Shown here: positions 50,294 through 60,854 of the stretch, piece after piece | Layout: each line of letters starts with the position of its first letter | Numbering within the stretch: the stretch's first letter is position 1 | Assembly: GCF_032062105.1 (NCBI RefSeq) | Contig: NW_026940900.1 | Span: 1 to 64,000 of the forward strand | Source of the DNA: Saccostrea cucullata | Lineage: Eukaryota | Length of the DNA stretch: 64,000 nucleotides | Direction: 5' to 3' | Position numbers and translations under genes: made by a program | The notes under the pieces: model-generated | The model's database searches: none | Told to the model about the DNA's origin: nothing | The model's input: only the letters and a program-made list of their open reading frames with translations

Positions 50294-52469
50294 GTATATT
50301 TTTGTTATATATCAAATGATTTTTTTAATGTGATATTCTTTGAAACAGAAATCAATGTATGTAACAATGGTGATTGTTACAATTTTGATGGCGGGTTTAG
50401 CTGTGTTTGCCAAATATACACAGGACCACGCTGTGATACAGGTAATTGTAACATAAATGAAAATTGTCAAATATTCTTTGTGAAGTTATCAGTTTGCATA
50501 TATTTTTGCTTTTGTGGAAATATGTTCACATAGGGTTTTTTTACCATTTGGCATATGTTCGTCTTAATGTATTTTAGAAAAATAGAAGGCTTTCAATCTA
50601 TGCATGTTTTTGTTATTATCAAGTGATATGTTTAAATGATATTCTTTGAAACAGAAATCAATGAGTGTCTGCTTGATCCGTGCAAAAACAATGGCTCTTG
50701 TGTTAATATCCCAGGCTCGTTTTATTGTAATTGTTGAATGATTGGGTGAATGTGAATAAGGTGCATATACATATGTAAGTCAGACAAACAAATTCAAGTT
50801 CAATGTATTTCAATTTCTTGTGGGGAAAATACATATAAATCTGAAAATCTCAAACGACCATAAAGCAGCTATGACGCTCTTGACAATGGTAAGAATTTTA
50901 AATCAAAACTGAATGAAAATGAAATTCTTAACTTAATTTCAGATCTATGTAAAACAAACGCTACCAAGTTAATCTTCATGGTAGACAGTTCCTATAGTTC
51001 TTCGGGAGAACCGTTCAGAAAACAGTTGCAGTACATTACGGACGTTGTTTCACGAATCACCATTTCTGCAAGTAAATTTTCAGTAGCGGTTATCTCATAT
51101 GGAACAGAGGCGAGGGCAGACATTAATTTCAACTCTTACGAAAACAAAACGGAACTTCTTAGTTTCATTCAAAACATCACTTTTGTCAACGGAACAACTA
51201 ACATACCATCGGCCTGTATCGAGGTCAAAAGGATACTACAATTAACACCCAATGATTTTCAGTTTGTATTTCTCTTCACCGATGGCATGCCTACAAGTCT
51301 GAGTGCTGCAGTAGGTTCCATTGTCGATTTGAGAGGTTTCTTGAAATTATCAAATGAGTGGAATGACGTTTTCTTGGTGGCGTTTGGTGATGACGTCAGA
51401 CATGAGGGATTTAGGCAGTTATCCGGGGATCACCGATTCGGTGATGTGTATCCCAGCATTAATATGGAACCGCTGCATCAAGTCTTCAAGAAAACCGTAA
51501 ACATACGATGTTCAGGTATGGATCAGAATAAGCCGAAACCATTTTTTATTATAAATTGTTCTTAGAAAAGGCTTTTCTAAATGAATACCTTATTGGTACA
51601 GAAGCAGATCTGCTAATTAAATACCGTAAAATCACATATTTTTGTTGGGTCAAATTTTCGAGGTTTGAAGAAAAAATTCTTGTTTTGTGGACGGAAAAGT
51701 TAAGGTAGTAAAGCATATGAAATTTTAGATTTCCTGGTTTAATAAATTCGTGGGTTTCTCCATGCCTTGAAAGCATCGAAAATTAAACCGCCACGAAAAA
51801 AGTGATTTCACGGTAAATAATTTATTTTTTTTTTCAGCGTGTAAGGTAAGACGGGATAGTGATATAGTGTTTGCTCTCGACACATCAACCATACAATCGC
51901 AGACTACTTACAAAGCCAGTCTGGGTATCTTCGTACAACTTATGCAATCCATGGATGAATTCGTTTTCTTAGGATCTGAGTACGTTCAAATAGGCACCGT
52001 TCACTTCTCCGATACCGCATTGTCCTTTTTACCGTTGAATTTTACGACCGATTTAGATACATTTGCAAGTACTTTTCAAGCCGCAAAGCAAGACAACCGT
52101 AACAGTTCGTCAAGTCTTGCAAATGCTCTTCAATTCATCTGGCAAGAAATGTTCTCGGACAGACAGGGGGCTAGATACAGTGCTTTGAAGTACGTTGTTT
52201 TCGTCAATAATGGATTCGATATTAATATGACAGAGACTTATAATTTAGTAGAAGAAATGACAAAGGATGGAATTGCCTTAATCTCCATAGGCGTAGGGAA
52301 GAATTATAAGGACGGACAGGTTTTAAATACGGCTTCTAGTCCTTTCCATGCTTATTTTTCGGAACAGGATCGATCAACGAATCAGTGGACTTTGCAGGAT
52401 ACCGAGTTCGAATTCATCAAAAGACTAATTAATAGAAGGCTGGAATGCACAAACAGAGTGAATGCTTAA
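37189..52469 (+). CDS. Gene C: signal peptide - SMB - furin micro-exon - vWA - 16 intact EGF (plus ~8 broken EGF exons) - vWA - vWA. Exons 37189-37408, 37561-37605, 38994-39548, 40114-40224, 40310-40429, 40669-40779, 44150-44266, 44406-44519, 44655-44774, 44848-44964, 45064-45177, 45261-45374, 45617-45730, 46463-46570, 46649-46756, 46860-46973, 47072-47185, 47300-47413, 47762-47872, [damaged 48030-50760], 50943-51515, 51838-52469
   Basis: Signal peptide [23 protein letters not shown]; [11 protein letters not shown]...[17 protein letters not shown]; linker [15 protein letters not shown]. vWA with full MIDAS (DESGS, GGGT, LTDG); ends CTNRVNA*. Confidence 0.85.
41251..43020 (-). mobile_element. 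Internally deleted, frameshifted RTE-clade non-LTR retrotransposon in a gene C intron
   Basis: GC-richer island. Peptides [44 protein letters not shown]...NRPS and [15 protein letters not shown] are typical of RTE/BovB-like ORFs. The RT core is missing. Confidence 0.82.
48030..50760 (+). pseudogene. Block of about 8 damaged or chimeric EGF exons within gene C, with a HINE fragment at ~48370-48720
   Basis: EGF-like exons at ~48030, 48349, 48841, 49167, 49377, 49578, 49820, 50349 and 50654 carry indels, stops or missing cysteines. Local duplication of 47912-48140 at ~48760-48970. Confidence 0.7.
49708..49770. repeat. (CT)n microsatellite (another at ~50239-50292)
   Basis: Direct reading. Confidence 0.95.
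51622..51815. mobile_element. MITE (TA-flanked, Tc1/mariner-like)
   Basis: Terminal inverted repeats TACCGTAAAATCAC / GTGATTTCACGGTA. Confidence 0.75.
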
Positions 52470-53115
52470 AATACTTTTCTAAAATTCTTATTGCCAGTAT
52501 TTTGTTGCTTGGCAGAATGTCTGTTGAGACATCCACCTTAAAGCCAGTGACGCGGAGATTGATTTGAATGATATTAATAATATTTTAACTCGATAATATA
52601 AATTTATTTATCATATATGCCATTTTGATACATTTACCGAAAAGCCCCATAGATGAACCCGTATATGCCTGTTTTTAGACAAACGTATATTATTTTGTAG
52701 CCTAAGATTATTCTAGCAACATGTACTGTGACCAATTATACTTTTCGCTAATAGGGCTTGATACTTTTCACAATCAATGCTAAAACAAAAGTTCACCTAT
52801 TTTCATATGTCAATAAGAACGTCCGAAAATCTCTCTTTGGAAATAAAAAAAAGTGGACCTCATTCATTGTGAAATGCAACACGCAAGGTGGAATGGTGAC
52901 TCAGGAATGTGTAGATTTTGTTTTTACAGAGATGAGTGAGCCTCCCATTTTAATAAAGAACACGTAAAGTTAAATTAAAAAGGGATATATAAATAATAAA
53001 GAATATAAAGTCTTACTGTTAACCTCTTCCTTTAGATACTCGTGCATTGTGCACTGATCAAAATCAGAATCTCTGTCACTGTCCGAGACTGGGCAAAATT
53101 TCTGGGTAATGCCGA

Positions 53116-53395
53116 TTGATTGATTGATTGATTAACGTCCCTCTCGAGAATTTTGCACTCAGATGCAAACGCCACCACTTCCGGGTCGAGAGCTACAAAT
53201 GTTGACCAATTGAGCAGTGAGGGATCTTTTTTCGTGCCAGCACCTACTGCGACACGAGACCTAGGTTTATGCGATCTCATCCGAAGGACCGGTTTCTACG
53301 TCCCACAATGGGATTCGAACCCGTGACGTAAGGATCAACTCCTTACTTTGTGACTCTAGAGCAGACGCTCTAACCACTGCGCCACGCGGGCGACA
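53116..53395 (-). mobile_element. Full-length tRNA-derived SINE
   Basis: Minus strand has A box TGGCGCAGTGG, B box GGTTCGAATCC and a (CAAT)n tail. TSD GGGTA(A/C)TGCCGA at 53104-53115 and 53396-53407. Confidence 0.9.
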
Positions 53396-53795
53396 GGGTA
53401 CTGCCGAATAAAACACAAGTCAATATAATTTTTAAACATACTTTATTCAACAGTTTAAAAAAAATTACGAAAGAACTATGTAAAAAAAAATGATTTTAAT
53501 TTTAAACATATTTTATTGAACAGTAGAAAAAATGTCATTGATGAAATAAGTACTTAAAAAAATAAGTTTAAACGTATTTTATTTCAAAAATAAAAAAAAA
53601 TATATCATGAAAATTGTATTAAAAATTTATTTAAAAAATTAAAAAATACTAATAAATCACAAAGAAGTACAGCCTTGTATGTAAAAAACATTGTGAATAT
53701 AAAGCATGTTTATTTCAAAAATAAAAAATAATCTTGCAAGAAATACATACAAAATAAATTTAAAGCATAGTTATCTCAACAATAAACATAAAAAT

Positions 53796-54790
53796 TAGGT
53801 ATGTCAAATCGGTCAATTTTTAATACTCGGTTACCCGGATATAGTACCCGGGTACTCGGTAAAAGTGTAAGTAAATATGAACAAGTAAATTGATGAATGT
53901 AAAACATTGTATCACTTGTAGAAATAAAACCACATGCTCTGATAGGAGGTTTACACGTAAATTGCATTTCTGTTGGAACAACGATGAGAACTTCGTGCCC
54001 GACGAAATTTACTACATTTTTTAAAATTCAATTTATTTAACAGATTAACACAAGAAATAAAATCGTAAGTGGTTCATGATGTTTTTGTTTAAAAAAAATA
54101 ATCTACTCCGTAATTGTAATGTAACTCTTTGTTCATTTGACGTCAAGGTATATATCAGTCGTACAGTTTGACTTAAACTTGACCATTCAAGTTCTAACAG
54201 AGCCGATTTACGATTTTCGTATACTTTTCGATCCTAGATTTTATAGTATCACGGGACGTATTTTGTAGTTTGGTGCAACGATGCACATCAGTTTTTTAAA
54301 GCCTTTGCCTTCAACTATTTAATTTGTACGTGTATTGGCATGTAATCAAACAACCATATTAACAGTCGCGCATGTAACAATCATCTGTCCCTTTTCTCGA
54401 GAAATTACAGCTTCTCGGGGAATTGACAAAATTATCTAATTTATTTAATCATAACAGACCTTAAACGATGTTCAGTGAAAACAAATAATTAAAGAAAATC
54501 AAAAAATACGGGTAGAAGACAGCGCCCCAGGTAACAGGTGCTTGGTCACGCGCGATAATTACTGTTAGTATAAACACTGCCACGGGCGGTAACGAGTAGG
54601 AAACCCTAATTACTGTATGTACAAGTGCAATGAGTATTTTACATTTTAAAACAGATTGTTTAATGCATTAATAAATAAGCTTAGAAATATTCAAAAATAT
54701 ACATCCGAGTAACCGAGTACCGATTTTAGTATTCGATACTCGGACGTTCGATCGAGTACCCGGTTAACCGGGTACTCGTTGACATCCCTA
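53796..54790. mobile_element. hAT-type non-autonomous element
   Basis: TIR TAGGTATGTCAA / TTGACATCCCTA, perfect 8-bp TSD ATAAAAAT, subterminal TACTCGG / CCGAGTA repeats. Confidence 0.88.
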
Positions 54791-55014
54791 ATAAAAATAA
54801 ATCATGCAAGAACTATATACAAATATGCACATAGTGCACAGGTAAGTCAGCATCGACAATGTCATTGTCTTTACACATATGTAATCACACACGCGTCCAC
54901 ATACATGTACACATGCCCTTTAAAAATACAAGGTCAAAAGGAGGCATGGACTCCAGGTCAGATTACAATTAAAGTACCAAGATGGTCACGACTTTTGCGA
55001 TGCCATTGTCTAAA

Positions 55015-55765
55015 GTATCCCACAAAAGGGGCGCTGTCATCAGATCCAGGGATAGTAGAACACAGACTTTGTGTTATACAGAAATACTAAGTCTCTTCGA
55101 TTGTCTAATCACATATAGCCCATAAAAGGGGCGTTGTCACCAAGTCCGAGAATTGCGGTACACGGACTTTGTGGTATAGAAATGATGGGTCTCTTCCATG
55201 CAGTGTCTTATCACATAAAGCCCATCAAAGGGTGTAACAAATCCGAGGATAGTGATACAAGGACTTCGTGGTATATTCTTTATTTATCTATTCACATATA
55301 GCCCATAAAAAGGCGTTGTCACAAAGTTCTGAAGCAGTGGTACACGGACATTGTGGTATAAAAATAATAGGTCTCTTCAAGTTTCTTATCACATATAGCC
55401 CATAAAAAGGGCGTTGTCACCAAGTCCGAGGATAGTGGTACACGAACTTTGTGGTATAGAAATTATAGGTTTGTTCCGATGTCTTATCACGTATAGCCCA
55501 GTTTCAAATCGCATATAGCCCATAAAAAGGGCACTGTCGCGAAGTTCCGGGAGATGGTACAAATGTATATGGATCCTGACATTGTTATATAAAATAACAG
55601 GTCTTTTTCAGTGTTTTATCACATATTGCCCATAAAAGGAACGTTGTCAAGTCCGAAGATAGCAGCACATTGACTTTGTTAACTAGGTTTCTTCCAGTGT
55701 TTAAATCACATGTAGCCCATAAAAGGGACGTGACCACCAGGTACACGCACTTTGTGGTAGGCAAA
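55015..55765. repeat. Degenerate ~90-95-bp tandem repeat, about 8 copies
   Basis: Core ATCACATATAGCCCATAAAAGGGGCGTTGTCACCAAGTCCGAGGATAGTGGTACACGGACTTTGTGGTATAGAAAT recurs at ~55108, 55209, 55292, 55388, 55508, 55618 and 55705. Confidence 0.88.
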
Positions 55766-56434
55766 CGGTGCTTTGCCAAATAATACAACACATGTATATC
55801 TGCATGTCTTGTCTATATATGCCCATGTTCAGTATCACATGCAACTACCCCAGCATGCAATCCATAAGGGACGTGAAACATCAATGTCGAGCCCATTGGT
55901 ACAGAGATGGTAGTGGCGGTTCGGTTTCTGACATTTGCACACCATTTGCGACCATGCATAACCTACAAGAAAAGAGAAAAAGACATTAGATATAATAAGA
56001 ATGCGTAAAAGAATATTGCAGAAAAATTATCAAAGTATATAGTGTTAAATGAACAAACATGTATTAGTTGTTGAAAAGGGCAAATTCATACATTTATAAA
56101 GACAACTTCTAATTCTGAGAAAGCCATACTATCTAATTTTGAATAAAGCTTGTTCTGTAGTTAAATTTTATATATATCTTAAAATTTCTGTAATCCAGAA
56201 GTGGGGAGCAATGAAAAAACCCATTAATTTAAAGCAAAGTTATCAGACATTATCATAGGGGACATAACAGTCAATTTGATTGGGTTTATACAAGTATACA
56301 CAAGTTTTTTTGGAAAAATTAAATGGATGACGCTACTTTTTTCCCCCAAAAAAACTTTTATTGAGCATCTCTGTAGAAAATAACATTTTAATGCGTTTTA
56401 TGGGTGGTTCCACTTACCAATATCGCTCTCCTCT

Positions 56435-59318
56435 TTAGTAGACACAAAAGGAGGAATCCAAATCTTGTTTCTTGGAGACTTTGTGATGACGTCTCTGCTT
56501 TGGGACGTCACAGCGTCTCTGTTCTGGTATGTCATAGCGGCGCACTGGCCTATGCTTAAAATTGACTCTGGCCAACCATTCAATCTGTGAGGAAAATATA
56601 ATACATTTTAATTTGAATGCCTTACAGTCAAACGAGAAATTTTCATGAAGACACGACTTTTTATTTCACATTTCGATGCTGTACATGTATATTTACATGT
56701 AATTAAGTAAAAAGAACATTTGTGACCATTATGTTGTTCCCAGAATGAGTCCGACACTTACGTGATTCGTAGGTTGTGGTATGGTAGGAAGCTCCCTACG
56801 CTCATCAGAACTGTTGATGGCACTGGTCAGTTCACGCTGAAAAAAAGATAGAAACAATTTCATAAAACGTGACTATCTAAAAAAAAAAAAAAAGAAAATA
56901 ATTAAGAATATAAGACACCCGGCCCTAAAAAGTGAATTTCATTTATTGAAAAAAAAAAAATGCCCCATTCAGATTCTTACCCAGTCTCGAATGTGATCTC
57001 TCCATTCATGAACAGCAGAAGCAAAGACTTGCTTGCACTGGGGAGAAATTGTATAAAAGGATTTAGAGGTTCAGTTTGAGAGAGTAAGAAAGAGGTCGAT
57101 AGAGAAAGAGATAGAGATTAGGAAAGGGGAGAGAGAGAGAGACTTACAGCTGATTTGGCCGCCAGGGCAACCATCACCTCGTACCACTGACGACTGTCAT
57201 CTGAAGAGGCCTCTATACGGCGCTAAAATTACAACAAAATGTATTTAACAGTACGATATATAACTCTGGACACGACAAAGTCCAGACTTTTTCCAACCAT
57301 TTCTTACTGTGATATTCAAAATACTTTTATAAACATCCTTGGATGTATCTCAGGGTCTCACGTTGAACTCACAAACATCTCTACTTCTATAGAAGTCTTA
57401 AAACTCAGAATTCCATGGGAGAATGGTGGGATTTTCAATCCCATCAACTATCCCACCATTCTCTTCCGGGAGAAAAAATGTCAAATGGGATATTTTCTCC
57501 CATTAGGTTTTTTTCTCCCACATATTTGTTCAAATGGGATAAATCCCACGGATATTGACAATCAAACAACTTCTCCCATACATTGTGAAACATAGAATCT
57601 ATAACAGTGTATTGGAGAAAATAATTCATTTGTCAATAACCATGTGATTTATCCCATTTGAACAAATATGTGGGAGAAAAAATCCCCAAGGATGAAAATA
57701 TCTCATCTGACATTTTTTCTCCCATGGGAGAAAGGTGGGATAGTTCTTGGGATTGAAAATCCCACCATTCTCCCATGGGATTCTGAGTTTTAAGACTTAA
57801 TATCTTTAGAAGTAGAGAACTGATGCTTGTGAGTTAAACATGAGATCCTGGTATACTGCTAAGAAATACCACAAAGTGATATAAAAATATTTTGGATATC
57901 ACAGTTAGAAATGGTAGTAAAAAGTCTGGACTTTGTCGTGTCCAGAGTTAAATGTCGTACTGTTATTTGATCATAAAACTAATTCTAATGAGCTTACATT
58001 TTCCAACTTTTATCTAAAAATCCAGATATATACATTTAATAAATTAAAATTGCAGTATTTCCTAACAACCGTTAAAAGATATGTAGCATAATAATTTATA
58101 GGTTCATTTTATAAAAAAAAAAACCAAAGAGACAAACAAAAAAAACTTAACGACTAAGACCTTAAAATTTAGTTGGTTGTATAATTTTGCAAAATTAATT
58201 ATTTTTCTTTTAAATTGCTATTGTAAACATATACTTTAACCATTGTCAATCAAATGCTTATTAGAAAATTGTATTCGGTCTTAGTAGTAAATTCTCCAAC
58301 TTTCCACCATACCCATACCCCCATTTTTTTTTTTGTTTTTTTTTTTTTCCCCCCCCCCCCCCCCCCCCCGAAAATATGGTGTACAAATGTGCTATCCCCG
58401 CAATGTTTTTCCTACGATTTTTTTCATATTGTACGAAGTGGACATCGTCGCAGATCGCTTTGTTTTTTCTTTTAACGGACAAATCTAGAACTTAGCGTAT
58501 AAGCAGAAATTTTTGCAAGGATTTGATTTTGGCATTATTAGCGAGGGTTCTGAGATCGCTAAAATTGAATATTCGCATTGTAGTTGTAATAAAGTTAGTT
58601 GACATCAAAGGGAAAGAACTCTTATAACGATTGCCCTCAGTAGTCTCCCCTTTTCTATAATGACTTCGCAGATGAGAAAGACTCAAAGTATCGTTCAAAG
58701 GAATCAAAATAATCTCTATTGCTATTAGCACGCTATGAATTTTGAGAGGTAAGTTTGCAAACGGATGAACTTTTCAAGCAGGATTTGGTAAAGCTAAAAC
58801 ATTTTTCCTATACATATGCTGTAAATATTATGATTATATTTAACCGAATTTCCTCTATTATCGATAATGCCCATGCTTATTCTTCGTGTTCTGACAAATC
58901 CTTACATTTTATTTTTTTTTTTCAATTTTGTTTTTCTACGCTGAGGTCTAAAACCACAACCCGAGGGGGGGGGACTACTTTACATAAATCTTACAGATTT
59001 TAAAATTTAACGAGAGACTGGGGTCGAAGTCGACGTGGTTGTTTGTAGGGGACTGATATACATGCCCTTCCCAAACTCAACGCACCCCTCCCCCTTCCAA
59101 ATGATCGAAGAATTTTGTATTTTTGGCCTAACAATTGAGATCGTTTGAATAGTTGACTCAGACTACTCAGAGGGATTTTGCCATTTTCATTGACGTCATA
59201 AAATGTCCCTATTTTTCGTGAAAACAAACATAAAAGACCAATAAAAATTTATTTTCTGAAAAATTACCCTCTTAGACACACTCTTGCTGTTTCTTTCAGA
59301 AGATCTTTCTCTTTTCAT
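56435..59318 (-). CDS. Gene D: uncharacterised 135-aa basic protein. Coding exons 59318-59268, 57222-57148, 57037-56981, 56836-56762, 56584-56435; a 3'UTR exon begins at 55962
   Basis: Five consecutive phase-0 exons with strong GTAAG/GTAAT donors and pyrimidine-AG acceptors splice into one open frame: MKRERSSERNSKSVSKR/RRIEASSDDSRQWYEVMVALAAKSA/CKQVFASAVHEWRDHIRDW/RELTSAINSSDERRELPTIPQPTNH/IEWLARVNFKHRPVRRYDIPEQRRCDVPKQRRHHKVSKKQDLDSSFCVY*. Confidence 0.72.
57246..57965. mobile_element. Foldback element, a ~720-bp near-palindrome
   Basis: TAACAGTACGATATAACTCTGGACACGACAAAGTCCAGACTTTT... is mirrored by ...AAAAGTCTGGACTTTGTCGTGTCCAGAGTTAAATGTCGTACTGTTA. Arms pair inward to a centre near 57597. 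Confidence 0.9.
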
Positions 59319-59645
59319 TGTGAAATTTGAGATTTTCGTGGCTGTTTAAAAAACACGTCTACTCGCAACTGATCGAAGTGAGTAACTAACGACAGTAACC
59401 ACAACGCAACGGTTCCTTGCAGTTGCCAAGAATGACGTCGTCACCAATGGCAACGCTTGAAGGTAGAGCTAGGCCAAAACGTATAGATGTATAAAACAAA
59501 ATGAAATATAATAGGTGTGAAGAGGTTTTCGACAGAAACTTGCTAGGGCATAATGCTTGCGTTTTAGATGATTTCATAATGATTTATTACCATTATAAAG
59601 GCTTTGACTTTCAATGCACATTAAGGCGAATGTTCAATGACGTCA
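59191..59645. promoter_or_regulatory. Two perfect CRE palindromes (TGACGTCA) flanking gene D exon 1, in the divergent gene D / COX16 promoter region
   Basis: TGACGTCA at 59191-59198 and 59638-59645; a variant TGACGTCG near 59433. Confidence 0.35.
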
Positions 59646-60854
59646 TAAGGCGGGAAACTTGCCGAGTTTGGACCCGAAAAAAATCAAAGTACTCAGAAGT
59701 ACAGAGAATTTGAGTAGAATGGATTTCTTACATGAATCACGTTTATATTCTGATGAAAAAATTATTTTAAAACTATCAATATAAATGATAAGACACTGAC
59801 AGTGAGTTTTTCAATCCTAATACCACGGTCCGATTTTGTCAGAATCAGAATTAATCTGGTACCGCAGCTGAATGTAAACAAACAGGCCAGTCTGGTCCCC
59901 TCTCCTGCTTTACCTCGTATGTGTAGAGAAATACGGTAACACTGATTATCAAAAGTCCTTACGCTAATGAACTATGTTCTTTGACTTATGAAGTTTTCAA
60001 AGTCATTACTACTAATGTTTATTTTATATAGATAAAACGTCGTTTTATTTTTGTTGCTTTATTTAGCGTTTGTATTATCTCTAAAGCGGTTGAGAGTAAG
60101 AACTATATTTTTGCACGTAACTTTAAAATGGCGACTATGGGGTCAACATCCTGCCTTGAACAGGATCACATAAGCCGGCAATTGCTCTTTGAGCAATAAG
60201 CCCGGCTAAAAATGCAGAAAAAACGACGTAGTAGACTAAGCCAGCTAACATGCAAGGCCCTGTATTAATTAGCAATAAAGTGGGGAAAAATTTACGCTGG
60301 TATCAATGGCATAATAACAAAATATGATCATTTGATGATGGAATTTTTATTGAAATTATCTGCTTTGGAAGAACATTATATTAGTATATGTTAACAAAAA
60401 CATGACACGGGCCATATGTTTACATAACAAAGGTTTGGATCTCTAAATCTGCCTTGTATCTCGACAACTGCAGTTCAATTTTTTGTGATCATTAGAAAGA
60501 CCCTAGTTAAATATTTGTAAAAATGGAAAATTAATTTGAAATTTTTAGTTGAAACTGTGTCCATATCATATGATCCTTTAAAAATTGTAAGTATGGACAA
60601 ATTAATTTAAGACACCTATAATATGATAAAATACTTTGTTGAGTACAGATTTTTTCAGTCTTTTATACTAATTTGAGTGGTAAATTATACATAAACAGTA
60701 CGCAACGATTTGTTAGAAACTTCCATGTACGGGCTAACCAATGACTGGTTGTTACTTTCCTTTTGAAATTGAAAGTAGAAATGACCTGACGCAATGGATG
60801 TGACAACGATTACGATATTGTTTACTTGTTGAAATTTCTTGAATAAGATAAAGG

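Noticed and set aside
25177-52469. Notch, Crumbs or true fibropellin orthologs
   Set aside because: No LNR, ankyrin, laminin-G, CUB, avidin or TM domains; only the EGF modules are similar.
53300-53395. tRNA gene
   Set aside because: The A and B boxes belong to a SINE head with body, tail and TSD.
55015-55765. CRISPR-like array
   Set aside because: Eukaryotic context, spacers are homologous to each other, and there are no cas genes.
56435-56449. CaaX prenylation motif at the gene D C-terminus
   Set aside because: It ends FCVY*, with Cys third from the end rather than fourth.
59850-60200. Alternative first coding exon of COX16 (near 59935 or ATG 60128)
   Set aside because: In-frame stops or wrong phase. 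Exon 60855-60929 fits COX16 in phase and sequence.
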